A stretch of DNA of 64,000 bases from Promethearchaeota archaeon (GTDB lineage: Archaea > Asgardarchaeota > Lokiarchaeia > Sigyniarchaeales > SOKP01): the NCBI GenBank assembly GCA_048937405.1, contig JBHLNF010000002.1:480001-544000 (forward strand). The letters run 5' to 3'. A program made the position numbers and the translations under genes. Shown one piece after another: positions 19,530 through 29,955 of the stretch; position 1 is the first letter of the stretch, and each line of letters opens with the position of its first letter. The notes below the pieces were generated by a model that saw only the letters and a list, made by a program, of their open reading frames with translations, did no database searches and was not told the origin of the DNA.

Positions 19530-21020
19530 ATGCCTTTAACTCCAAATGCTATTTATGAGGATTTCAAAAATAAAGATCTAGATTATAATTCAACTCTTGA
19601 ATTATTAATAATGCTAATCGATAATGCTGATAGCATAAATACACGTCTAGAATGTATTGAAATCTTGAATAAAATTAAATCTAAAGATGATAGAGTATTT
19701 GAAATATTAGAAAATTTATTAATCTCTGATTCAAACAAAGAAATAAGAAATAGGGCTGCCCTTTATATAAAAACACATTTTTTAGATAGAGCTTTGAAAC
19801 CAATGAGTTGGGCTCTTGAATATGAAACAACAATCAAATGCATAATTACTGTAATATCAACAATTTCGGAAATTAAGGACGAAAAATCTAAATCAGTATT
19901 GTTTGATAAATTAATTTATTTCTACAATCAAGAAATTAAATATAATTTGAAAAATATTTTTAAAGTCAAAAAATATGAAGATTTTACAGTTGAAGACCTT
20001 GCAGAAATATTGATAAATTATTATTTTATTTTATCCCTAAAAAAAAAATTTGGTTATATTAAGTATGAGTTTGATGCTACTGGTTTTATTACAAAACTAG
20101 ATTTAACTAATATCGATGCACAAGGTATTTTTTTGATAGATTTCCTTGAACTAATATCATCGCTAAAGCATCTTCAAGTTCTTGATTTAAGATTCAATAA
20201 ATTAACTAAATTAATGGAGATCCCTGTCGAAATAACATCCTTGAGATCTTTAGATTTAAGTTATAATCACATTTTCAGTCTTAAAGAATCAATTGATAAA
20301 TTAAAGTCCCTGAAAATATTAAATTTAAAATCTAATAGGTTGCGCATTCTTCCTAACTCTCTTGGTAACCTAAAATTACTTCAATCGTTAAATTTAAGAA
20401 ATAATTTTTTGAAGAAGATTCCAGAATCAATAAATTCTCTAAAAAGATTAGAGACTTTAGACTTACATGGAAATAAATTGAATTCAATTACATTCAAATT
20501 AAATATTCCTATTAAAAAACTTGAATTAGGTTGGAATAACTTTCTAGAAGTCCCACCCAGTATTAAATTACTTACCTCATTAGCAGAATTGGGTTTAAGT
20601 GGAAACAAATTAAAGACTATTCCTAAATGGATTTCTTCACTTCAGTCATTAAAAGTTTTAAATTTATATGATAATAATATATCCCACTTGCCCAAATCTT
20701 TAGGTCTTCTAAAATCTTTAGAAGTTTTAATTTTAAGGAATAATAGTCTTTTAAAATTACCAGATAATTTTAAACGTTTAAAAAGTCTTAAAATCCTTAA
20801 TTTAAGTTGGAACAACTTTGCTCAAATCCCTAAATGGATCGGAGAATTGGATTCACTTGAGGATTTAAATTTATGGGGAAATAAACTTGATTCACTCCCT
20901 AGATCAATACTCTCATTATCTCACCTTAAGATCTTAGATATAAATTTTAATAAATTCGAGTCTTTCCCTCCATTTTTAAAAGAATTAGAAAGAAGAAAAG
21001 ATCTTATTATTAAATATTAG
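19530..21020 (+). CDS. HEAT-repeat plus leucine-rich repeat protein
   Basis: LENLLISDSNKEIRNRAA HEAT unit; about 13 LxxLxLxxNxL repeats. Confidence 0.9.
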   Translation: MPLTPNAIYEDFKNKDLDYNSTLELLIMLIDNADSINTRLECIEILNKIKSKDDRVFEILENLLISDSNKEIRNRAALYIKTHFLDRALKPMSWALEYETTIKCIITVISTISEIKDEKSKSVLFDKLIYFYNQEIKYNLKNIFKVKKYEDFTVEDLAEILINYYFILSLKKKFGYIKYEFDATGFITKLDLTNIDAQGIFLIDFLELISSLKHLQVLDLRFNKLTKLMEIPVEITSLRSLDLSYNHIFSLKESIDKLKSLKILNLKSNRLRILPNSLGNLKLLQSLNLRNNFLKKIPESINSLKRLETLDLHGNKLNSITFKLNIPIKKLELGWNNFLEVPPSIKLLTSLAELGLSGNKLKTIPKWISSLQSLKVLNLYDNNISHLPKSLGLLKSLEVLILRNNSLLKLPDNFKRLKSLKILNLSWNNFAQIPKWIGELDSLEDLNLWGNKLDSLPRSILSLSHLKILDINFNKFESFPPFLKELERRKDLIIKY

Positions 21021-21137
21021 TAGATGACCTATCTAACAAGGGAATATACAGTAGAGATCTCATTCTTTTTGTAGTAAATATCAAAAAACATCTTTTATTT
21101 TTGATATATGAAATTAGAATAGTTTAGATTTTAATTT

Positions 21138-22898
21138 CTATTGGATTTCATACAATTCTTTAATCTCTTTTATAGTAGTAATATCTTTTGGAGATTTTTC
21201 TGGACGTAATCTTAGAAAAACAGGAAATCTCATAGAATATCCTAAGGTAGCAAATTTATCACTAACTGTTATCTCATCTCCGGTAATTTCCATAACAATT
21301 TCTGGATTTAACCATACATCAGGGGTATCTTCACAAATAACATTTTTTGGTTTTCTCTCCACGCTATATGATTCCATTTCTTCTGTTAAAGATTCAGATA
21401 ACTCATCAGTTAAACCTGAGAAGAAGCGCGTAAAAGCTATATAAATATCATTTTCAGGATCATAAACAGCACCTATATAGGTTCCATATACTCCCGTTCT
21501 TCTTCCTTTACCAAAAAATGCACCAACCAAGACCACATCAATAGTATCTTTTAATTTTCCTCCTTCTAGACTTTTTAATTTTAACCATTTGTAACCACGA
21601 TTTCCTGCTTGATAAATTGAATCTTCTTTAATCGATTTTGCCATTATTCCTTCAGTTCCTTCTTCTTTTGCCTTATTAAAGAAACTGAGTAATTCCTCAG
21701 TACTATGAATAGTTATAGATTTAACTAACCTTAATTCATCTCTTTCCTTAACAACTTCTTCAAGTTTTCCCCTTCTTTCTAAAAATGCTTTATCTACGTA
21801 TGATTCATCACCAAATTTTAAAAGATCAAAAACAAATAAACAAACAGGGACTTCTTTTGCAATATCATCAATATCATATTTTCGTCTCCTTTGACTTAAA
21901 ACCTGAAATGGTTGCATCTTCTCATAGAATGGGTCCATAGCTACAACTTCTCCTTCAATAATAACCTTTTTGGCTTTAATATTTTCCCTTATAACTTGAC
22001 ATACATCAGGATATTGGTTTGAGATATCTAGCAACCTTCTTGAAAATAACATAATATCATCACCTACTTTATGGATTTGTAGCCTTTCTCCATCTAGCTT
22101 ATATTCTGCAATAAATGGAGATCCTAGTCTTGATATGAACTCTGTGTATAATTCACGAGAGGCAAGCATACTAAGAATAGGTATTCCATATTGTATATCA
22201 ATCTTTTTTACATTTTCTAAACCGTTTATTGCTAATACTTTTGCAATTTCTCCTAAATCTGGATATAAACTATACGCTCTTTCTATAAATTGTTTATTTT
22301 CCTTTAGATCTGTGAAAGCTAGAGCTAAACCTTCTATAATAGTTGGAGATTGAACTCCTACTCTCAGTGTTGATGTTATAATTCTTAATAAATATTTTGT
22401 TTCTAATGGTGTACATTTTCTCATAAGGCCTCTTAAAATCCTTAATTTAGTATCATGTGACCCTATACCCTCAGATAATGCTATTTTCTTTAATTTAGAG
22501 TATAATTCAACAATCTCTATTGATGCCTTTAAATCTTCATTCGGATTGATATCTAATATTGATCTTTGCTTTTTACTTTTTGATAACATAAATTCAGCAG
22601 TAGCTCCTATATCTCCTTTTTTAACCAAAACTTCTTTAATTCTTTTAACTCCAACACCAGAATGTACTGATAAAGCTTCAATTATCATTTTTTCAGCTAA
22701 CCCCATCTTAGGAAATTGCATTATATTAGGTGTTAATTGACCTTGTAAAAGATAAATAATTTTATCTAAATCTTCAAATTTTTTACTTTTTTTAATTTCA
22801 GTAAAAAAAGTTGATAGTAGATCAATCATTTCTAGTCTTTTAGTAGTACTTTCAAGTTTTAAAAACAACTGAGATAATCTATTGAATTTCATGTTCAA
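21138..22898 (-). CDS. lig: ATP-dependent DNA ligase
   Basis: EYKLDGER, EGEVV, FDLL, EGIMAK, WLKLK, RFPVF. Confidence 0.97.
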   Translation of the reverse strand: MNMKFNRLSQLFLKLESTTKRLEMIDLLSTFFTEIKKSKKFEDLDKIIYLLQGQLTPNIMQFPKMGLAEKMIIEALSVHSGVGVKRIKEVLVKKGDIGATAEFMLSKSKKQRSILDINPNEDLKASIEIVELYSKLKKIALSEGIGSHDTKLRILRGLMRKCTPLETKYLLRIITSTLRVGVQSPTIIEGLALAFTDLKENKQFIERAYSLYPDLGEIAKVLAINGLENVKKIDIQYGIPILSMLASRELYTEFISRLGSPFIAEYKLDGERLQIHKVGDDIMLFSRRLLDISNQYPDVCQVIRENIKAKKVIIEGEVVAMDPFYEKMQPFQVLSQRRRKYDIDDIAKEVPVCLFVFDLLKFGDESYVDKAFLERRGKLEEVVKERDELRLVKSITIHSTEELLSFFNKAKEEGTEGIMAKSIKEDSIYQAGNRGYKWLKLKSLEGGKLKDTIDVVLVGAFFGKGRRTGVYGTYIGAVYDPENDIYIAFTRFFSGLTDELSESLTEEMESYSVERKPKNVICEDTPDVWLNPEIVMEITGDEITVSDKFATLGYSMRFPVFLRLRPEKSPKDITTIKEIKELYEIQ

Positions 22899-22975
22899 TC
22901 ATAAAATATAGTTTAAAAAGTAGATGTTATTTAAATCCACAATTTAATAAATAATAAAAAAGAAGTAATAAAAAA

Positions 22976-23809
22976 TTATATTAGTTTTGAGAGTTCAATA
23001 AATTTCTTTTGAATTGCTGTTTTTACTTTAGGATCTACTCCAGAAAAGCTATTGACCGTAAAATTCAATTTTGAACCTTCTTTGATTGAAAATTGACATA
23101 TAGGACCATCCATTTGTTCAACAGCATAACTTCCATCTTGCTTCTTCGAAATCCAGATGTCATCATAATGATCCATAATTGCCGAAAAAACAAATGATAT
23201 CTTCGCATCTACCATTAAATCCGTAGAAGACACCTTTTTTGCTGGTGCTGGTTGTGTTTTAATACTAGGCATTGGTTCAGTAGATTCATATTCAGAGGCT
23301 ATTGTTTTAGGTTTAGCCGAAGTAACAGGTTTTGAGACAGCAGGAGATGCCATAGGAGTTGGAGTGGGTTTTGCTTGCACTTTTGGTTCTGTCTTTTTAA
23401 CTGTTACAGGTTGCATTACTCCTGTTTGAAAAGTAACAATAAAATTTTCTAACTCTGTATGCTTTTTATCTAAAATTTCCTGAAGTTCTTCGTTCATCTT
23501 GGTATCTTCAGGAACTTTTCCGACTTTTCGAGCATCAATTTCTTTTATGCTTTTAATATCTCGTCCTATAATACTTTTTCCAACTGTATATCCATGTCCT
23601 TTAAGTGATTCCGCTTGTCTAAGAGCTGTTCTCCGTGCAACTAATCCTTGTTTGGCACCATGCCATAAATAGACAGATTCACTACCTTCATCTAAAACTA
23701 TAATAGAAGTCTCTGGCATAAAGCTATTTTTATCCCATTTAATTGGAACAATTTCTCCCCCGGGTCTCGCGTCGAACATTAGCGCAAATGAAGTCGTTAT
23801 AATCACCAA
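22976..23809 (-). CDS. Single gelsolin-domain protein with Pro/Thr/Lys linker and C-terminal domain
   Basis: IIVLDEGSESVYLWHGAKQGLVARRTALRQAESLK matches the gelsolin repeat pattern. Confidence 0.75.
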   Translation of the reverse strand: MVIITTSFALMFDARPGGEIVPIKWDKNSFMPETSIIVLDEGSESVYLWHGAKQGLVARRTALRQAESLKGHGYTVGKSIIGRDIKSIKEIDARKVGKVPEDTKMNEELQEILDKKHTELENFIVTFQTGVMQPVTVKKTEPKVQAKPTPTPMASPAVSKPVTSAKPKTIASEYESTEPMPSIKTQPAPAKKVSSTDLMVDAKISFVFSAIMDHYDDIWISKKQDGSYAVEQMDGPICQFSIKEGSKLNFTVNSFSGVDPKVKTAIQKKFIELSKLI

Positions 23810-24070
23810 TTTGAATTTACATTAAATCTTGATTTTTATTATAATTAAAATAGTTTTCATAAATTTAAAAATTGAGTTTTCGATGATTTTATTAAATTAC
23901 TGATTAAATTAAAAAATTTAAATTACAATTTGAATTTCAAAAACTTAAGTATTTTAACTTAATAATACTAATAACGGAAATAATAAAAGATAAAAATTAA
24001 ATTTTATTAAGTAAATATTTTAAGTATTTAATTCAAGAGATTCTTAAAAAAAATAAAAAAGGATACAGAC

Positions 24071-25156
24071 ATGGAATTAAATAGATTACTACGAGAAAAT
24101 TTAAGAAAATATACCGCTTTTGAGCTTGTGGAACAACCAAAAGAAGATGGTTGGGTTATTTTAAATACTAATGAAAATCCTTTTCCTCCAATAAATGACA
24201 TTTTAATTGATATAAAAAATGCTGTGAATGATAACATTAGACTCTATCCTGACCCCACTTCGTTTGAATTGCGTAAGGAAATCCTTAATGTATTACTAAG
24301 AGATAAGGATACACTTACTAATCGTAATTCTATACTCATTGGAAGTGGTTCAGATGAGATCTTAGACATTCTTTTTAAAATATTTGTTGACCCTGAAGAT
24401 AAGGTAAATTTCTTTTATCCTTCTTATGGATTATATAAAACATTAGCAACACTTTATAATGCTAAAATCAATGAAATTCAGTTAAATGAAGATTTTTCAA
24501 TACCTGATACAGTTTATTCATCTAAAGGTAAATTATTAATTATTAACTCACCAAATGATCCAAACGGAAAATCTTTTGGAAATGCTACGATCTTAAAAAT
24601 CTGTGGAAGCTTTCCAGGTGTTGTTGTTGTTGACGAAACTTATGCTGATTTTTCGCCTCAAACTTGTTTATCATTATTGAAAAAAGTAAAGAATTTAGTT
24701 GTATGCAGATCTTTTTCAATCGGGTTTTCTCTGGCATCCTTTAAATTAGCATTTGCTCTTGCTGATGCAGATATTATCAAAGAAATGAATAGTGTAAAAT
24801 TACCATATAATATTAGTTATATAGATCAAATAGCAGCTTTATCTTGTATTAAACATCATAAAAAAGTATTTGAGCAGAATAAAAAAATTCTTGAAGAAAG
24901 AGAAAGATTAACTAATAAATTAAATACGTATAATGGTATTAGTGTTTTACCTTCAGATGCAAATTTCATATTCATTAAATTTGAAGATAAATCTAAAACA
25001 TTAAAGTTTGTATGGGATTTGAAAGAACTTAAGATCCTAGTACGTCACTTTAGTAAACCTGGATTATATAATTATATTAGAGTTACTATTGGAACTGAAG
25101 AAGATAACAATAAATTTTTAGAAGCCTTTGAGACAATTGCAAATAAATACTTGTAA
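24071..25156 (+). CDS. HisC-like class I/II aminotransferase homolog lacking the PLP lysine
   Basis: LNTNENPF, YPDP, GSDEIL, VDETY, PSDANF, IRVTIG; RSFSIG in place of RTFSKA. Confidence 0.85.
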   Translation: MELNRLLRENLRKYTAFELVEQPKEDGWVILNTNENPFPPINDILIDIKNAVNDNIRLYPDPTSFELRKEILNVLLRDKDTLTNRNSILIGSGSDEILDILFKIFVDPEDKVNFFYPSYGLYKTLATLYNAKINEIQLNEDFSIPDTVYSSKGKLLIINSPNDPNGKSFGNATILKICGSFPGVVVVDETYADFSPQTCLSLLKKVKNLVVCRSFSIGFSLASFKLAFALADADIIKEMNSVKLPYNISYIDQIAALSCIKHHKKVFEQNKKILEERERLTNKLNTYNGISVLPSDANFIFIKFEDKSKTLKFVWDLKELKILVRHFSKPGLYNYIRVTIGTEEDNNKFLEAFETIANKYL

Positions 25157-25183
25157 TACTTTTAATTTATTGTCAAGTCACAC

Positions 25184-26386
25184 ATGGAGCGATTGATAAA
25201 AATTACTAATTTACACTTTTCTGAAGATAAAAGGAAAGATGAGGTTAAATGTCCGTATTGTGGATATAAAATACTAAGACCTTATCCAAAAGACAAGCTT
25301 TGTCCTAAATGTAGTAAATTTTTAGCGATTCTTCATGATTTATCTACTGAAAAGGAAGGAAGAACTACTCCTAAAGAATTTGAGAAAAAGCAAAACACAC
25401 TCTCAACAAAATTAGGTAGTAAAGTAAAAGTTAAGCAACAACCATTAGCTATCTCTTTAGAAAGTGATAAAATTAAATTAAAAAAAGGAGAATATGTAAA
25501 GTTATTAGGCATTACTACAAATGAAAGAACTCAATTATATTGTAGTAATGATAATTATAAGTATTTGTTAGAATTAACAAATAACCTAGATTTCATAGCA
25601 ACCGGTATTTTAGAAGGGGATCTTGATAAAATGTTGCTTATTTCGGGGGAGAAGAAAAAAGAAGAAAAATGCCAATTCTATGAAAAAAACGAGATAATCT
25701 ATATTGTTTATGGGAAATTTCCTGATAAAAAAGGCAAATGGATCCTTGAACAGATGTCAAATCATTTCACAGAATTATTACAGGGTAAAGACGCTGACAA
25801 ATTAGATAAATTTGAGAAATATAATATTCAATTAGAATTTAAAAGACGAGTTAAGTTTATACTCCAACAATACGTAAGATTACAAGAAGTATTTACTGAT
25901 CAAGATTTCACTTATGTAGAAGATACAATTAGAATTGATTATTTAGGATTATCTTCAATGTCAATTGGGGTGATATCAATTTTAATAGGGGAGGATAACT
26001 TGAATATTGAGACCCTTGGTGAATTTGAAAATCCAGAAGAAGATAGAGAAATGAAGGAATCAATGCTTACAGCAAAAATAGAAGCAATAGCCGCTAATAC
26101 ACAAGGTAATACAGGTGCAGTACCTCAATGGATAGCAGTAAAATTAGGATTTCAAAAATATCGATTTTTAACTTTTAAAAAATTTCAGAACGATTATTTT
26201 CTTTCTATGCTTTCGGAAGGTAATTTAGATAAGATACCCCAAGTAGAACAATTATTGAATCTTTTAATTGAAAAAGTTACATCGACAGTGTTTTCTGGTA
26301 ATCTAAAACCTTTTAATGAATTAAAAGCAGAACTAAAAGACAAATTTTCTATAAGAAATAAATTTCCTCCCTTTGATTTTAAATAA
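25184..26386 (+). CDS. Zn-ribbon hypothetical protein
   Basis: CPYC...CPKC near the N-terminus. Confidence 0.7.
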   Translation: MERLIKITNLHFSEDKRKDEVKCPYCGYKILRPYPKDKLCPKCSKFLAILHDLSTEKEGRTTPKEFEKKQNTLSTKLGSKVKVKQQPLAISLESDKIKLKKGEYVKLLGITTNERTQLYCSNDNYKYLLELTNNLDFIATGILEGDLDKMLLISGEKKKEEKCQFYEKNEIIYIVYGKFPDKKGKWILEQMSNHFTELLQGKDADKLDKFEKYNIQLEFKRRVKFILQQYVRLQEVFTDQDFTYVEDTIRIDYLGLSSMSIGVISILIGEDNLNIETLGEFENPEEDREMKESMLTAKIEAIAANTQGNTGAVPQWIAVKLGFQKYRFLTFKKFQNDYFLSMLSEGNLDKIPQVEQLLNLLIEKVTSTVFSGNLKPFNELKAELKDKFSIRNKFPPFDFK

Positions 26387-26419
26387 AATATTTATCAAAT
26401 TATATCAGAAATATATAAG

Positions 26420-27376
26420 ATGAATTTAACTCCTCAAATTATTTTAGACCAATTAGAGAGGAATGAAATAAGTAAATCTTTTGCTTTTGATCAATTAATC
26501 TCTTTTGTAGAAAACAGTGAAAATGAACAAATAAGAGAAGAAGCATTAGAAAATTTAGATCGGGTTGGAATTTATGATAATAAACTTTTTGAATTTTTAG
26601 AAAACATACTCCTTTCTGATTCAAATGAAAAAATCAGAAATGTCGTTTTGAAAATCATAGAAAGAAGATTTCTATACAAAGCAATTGCCCTTTTAAAGTG
26701 GGCTCTAAATCATGAGAAAGATTATGAATGCCTTGTTATCATAATCAAATCATTAAAAAAAGCTAATACTGAAGAGTCTAAAAGAATTTTATTTGATAAA
26801 ACAAAGGAGATTATACACACTAAATATATCAATAAAGACAAAAGAATTGAAAATCGTAAATTCAAATATATTTTAAAGAAATTATTAAAAACTAAGAAAT
26901 ATGAATTATTTACTCATAAAGAATTATCCCTTATTTTAATTAGTTTCATGACAATTATTAATTTAACAAATTTATATCCAAATGTCTCTTATGAGATAAA
27001 TCCAGAAAATGGATTGTTAAACGAATTAGATTTATCAGATTATTTTGAATATGAAGTGAAAGGGATACCTTTTGGATGGAAAAATAATATTAAATCAATT
27101 TCAGAAATAAAAGGTTTAATGTATTTAAAATCTCTCAAGAAAATTAATCTTTCAAACAATCTGATTGAAGATATTAAAGAATTAGTTTATTTAAAAAATA
27201 TAACACATTTAACTCTTTCTAAAAATAATATTAGTAATGTCGAAAACATTGAATATCTTAAAAAATTCAAAAAACTAGAATATCTGGATCTAAGAGATAA
27301 TGAAATTGCTACAAAAATTCAATCTAATGATTTTAATTCTAGTATAAGAGTTATTCTGAAAGATTCTTATATTTAA
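26420..27376 (+). CDS. HEAT plus LRR protein (paralog of 19530-21020)
   Basis: MNLTP...LENILLSDSNEKIRN; short LRR array. Confidence 0.85.
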   Translation: MNLTPQIILDQLERNEISKSFAFDQLISFVENSENEQIREEALENLDRVGIYDNKLFEFLENILLSDSNEKIRNVVLKIIERRFLYKAIALLKWALNHEKDYECLVIIIKSLKKANTEESKRILFDKTKEIIHTKYINKDKRIENRKFKYILKKLLKTKKYELFTHKELSLILISFMTIINLTNLYPNVSYEINPENGLLNELDLSDYFEYEVKGIPFGWKNNIKSISEIKGLMYLKSLKKINLSNNLIEDIKELVYLKNITHLTLSKNNISNVENIEYLKKFKKLEYLDLRDNEIATKIQSNDFNSSIRVILKDSYI

Positions 27377-27388
27377 AAAAAAAGTAGA

Positions 27389-28726
27389 TTATTTTTCAAT
27401 TAATTGTGTTTTTCCCGTCCCCCATACTCCAAGGGCGACACCTAATTCCTTCTTCTCTTTAGCTACGTCTTTTACGTTCTTACCCTCCATAACCGCATCT
27501 ATTGCTTGTCTAAAAGCAATAGCGCCAGCTATAGGCCCATCAGGATGACTATGGATACCACCTCCACTTCCAATAAGGATATCCGTTCCAGCTTCTTTTA
27601 TACATTTCTCAACCATTCCTTGTGTTATTCCACCACTAGGCATTGGGAGTGTTGGTTTAATGTTTTGTAATGAATATCGAAGGGCCTTAAGATTTTGCTC
27701 ATATCTTTCTTCTAATATTTCTGCCTTTCCATATGGGGCAGGGATGACTACTATATCAGCACCACAAATCCGTGGTAATTTTGCAAATGTTAACATACTA
27801 GTCATTCCTGTCCATTCTCCTCCAAAATATGTACCACCAAAATCCATGTGTCCTAGAATTGGAACATTTATTGAAGGATCCTCTGCTATTTGTCTCAGAG
27901 CTTCATAACCAGTAGCTAAATAATTTATCATCAAGGCATTGGCACCTAATTCGATCATCTTATCCGCGTGTTCAAATATATCTGGGAATTTAGAGGTAAT
28001 ATTGATAGTATATAAAGTTTTTTCGCCTTTCTCTGCGTCTGCTTTGTCAACAGCTTCCATAACCTTGACAATTCGCTCTTCAAGTCTATTAAAGGAGGGA
28101 TCTGAGATTAATTCATCATCTTTTACTACATCGCAACCACCGACTGCAGCTTTATAAACTAAATCTGCAGCTACATCTGCTGTATGCCCCGTACACGGTT
28201 TAACCATATTATTCAAAAGTGGACGTGTAGGAATATTCATAAGTTTCCTAATTCCATCAATTCCAAATTTAGGACCTTTAAAATCTTCTAACCAAGCTTT
28301 AGGAAATGCTAAATCAACCAACTTTAAACCGTGAGTTATACTAATATTTCCAATTACTGTTGTGAATAACATTGGAATCCCCATTCCCTTAATATTTATG
28401 ATAGGAAATCCGATTTGAACGAAGTATGTTCTTTCTTTAATATCTTTAGGGATAACATATTCATACATAGGAAGTTCATATACGCCAAGTACTCTAGCAA
28501 CATGGTATTTTCTCACTTCTTCTGTTTCAGCTGGAACTCTAATCCAAGTTCCAGTGGATTGTTCAATTGCAGCAAAACGGGATAAGTAATTAACATTTTG
28601 GCCTTTAGGACGTTTAATAATGTATGAAGCAATTATATATTTTTCTATATCAATTCCATCTAACATAGCTTCTGGAACATCATAATATTGCTCACAAGAG
28701 GGAAATTCTCCTTCCATTTTAATCAC
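27389..28726 (-). CDS. RubisCO-like protein (form IV)
   Basis: EQSTGTW, GPKFG, KDDE and SGG motifs; HMDFGG instead of the HR motif of true RubisCO. Confidence 0.88.
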   Translation of the reverse strand: MIKMEGEFPSCEQYYDVPEAMLDGIDIEKYIIASYIIKRPKGQNVNYLSRFAAIEQSTGTWIRVPAETEEVRKYHVARVLGVYELPMYEYVIPKDIKERTYFVQIGFPIINIKGMGIPMLFTTVIGNISITHGLKLVDLAFPKAWLEDFKGPKFGIDGIRKLMNIPTRPLLNNMVKPCTGHTADVAADLVYKAAVGGCDVVKDDELISDPSFNRLEERIVKVMEAVDKADAEKGEKTLYTINITSKFPDIFEHADKMIELGANALMINYLATGYEALRQIAEDPSINVPILGHMDFGGTYFGGEWTGMTSMLTFAKLPRICGADIVVIPAPYGKAEILEERYEQNLKALRYSLQNIKPTLPMPSGGITQGMVEKCIKEAGTDILIGSGGGIHSHPDGPIAGAIAFRQAIDAVMEGKNVKDVAKEKKELGVALGVWGTGKTQLIEK

Positions 28727-28827
28727 TTCTAGTTTTAAAATTATAATTATTTCTATAATGAAATTATTTTTAAATATTGAAAAATCTTAGTATAAAAAAA
28801 AATAAGATAAAGAAAAATAAAAAAATA

Positions 28828-29955
28828 TTAAACTTCAGTTTTAGCAGCTTCTTTTGCAGCAGCTTTGGCTACAGCTTTAATATCACTGTAAGAATTTTCC
28901 AGTACTGTTAAATATTCAACTAATACTTGACTTGCTTTTGATTTCTGATCGTATACTTTCTTGATAGTGTTAAGTAGATATTTAGGAAATACGAGATCTA
29001 AGTAATAATCTGAAAGAAGTGCATAGTATTCATTATTTCTATCATCTTGGAATACTTGAATCATCTGAGTATCCCAAAGCAACTTTAATACATCATCTAA
29101 GTCATCGACGCCTTTCTTTCTTAACTTCTCAAGGTCATTCTTGGTTACTATTGCTGTCCTTAATAATCGCAATGTTTCATACACTTGTGGATTAATTAGT
29201 ATATCTATTATCCTAAGATTGTCTCCTTCTGATGGACGATAATTTTGAAAGTATTTCTTTACTTCCATCTTATAATCCTCCTCAAGTTGTGAAGGTAAAC
29301 CTCGATTGGAGGGATCACTATAAATTTTAACAGGAGGTACTCTTAATGCAACAACATCTTGAATTAAAAAGATTAATTCCGATGGCATACCTTTTACAGA
29401 AGTTTCTTTTACAATTTCTCGTTTAATCAGCTCTGTTAAAACGCCTTCTAGATCAACAAAACCTTGTTTATATTGATCTTTAAGCCATACCATTAATTCA
29501 GATTTAGAAACTACACCCTCATCTCTTAAGCGACTAATTATTAATCTTTTAATCTCATCTTGATAGGTGATAGCAAGACGTTGCTCATTATTGAGTGTGG
29601 GATACACAGATAATCTTCTAAAAAGATCAGGGATCATTGGTACATAGGCATCATCTGTTATATTTTGAAGAATTATTCGAGAAATGTCTATTAATCCTCC
29701 TTCATAAGCGTCGGGATCATCATCTAAACTTAAAAGTAAAAGAATATAAAAGCCTTTATCAGGACCAGTGTAATATGAAGCGATATTTAAAGATCCTATC
29801 ATTAGACTGATCATCCCGGATTCACCACTGTATTCATGAGTGCTATATACTTGCATAAGAGTTTTATCAGTTATATTTAACTCTTCTGGATATTTCGCGA
29901 GGATCTCAGTTCCAACTCGTTCATCCCATCTCATTATTGCTAATCCAACAGGCAT
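28828..29955 (-). CDS. Longin/uDENN-like cytoplasmic protein, copy 1
   Basis: GLAIMRWDERVGTEILAKYP resembles the uDENN N-terminus; 1-nt TAATG overlap with the upstream gene. Confidence 0.65.
   Translation of the reverse strand: MPVGLAIMRWDERVGTEILAKYPEELNITDKTLMQVYSTHEYSGESGMISLMIGSLNIASYYTGPDKGFYILLLLSLDDDPDAYEGGLIDISRIILQNITDDAYVPMIPDLFRRLSVYPTLNNEQRLAITYQDEIKRLIISRLRDEGVVSKSELMVWLKDQYKQGFVDLEGVLTELIKREIVKETSVKGMPSELIFLIQDVVALRVPPVKIYSDPSNRGLPSQLEEDYKMEVKKYFQNYRPSEGDNLRIIDILINPQVYETLRLLRTAIVTKNDLEKLRKKGVDDLDDVLKLLWDTQMIQVFQDDRNNEYYALLSDYYLDLVFPKYLLNTIKKVYDQKSKASQVLVEYLTVLENSYSDIKAVAKAAAKEAAKTEV

Noticed and set aside
27389-28726. Form III RubisCO completing the AMP salvage pathway
   Set aside because: Lacks the HR and other carboxylase substrate-binding motifs
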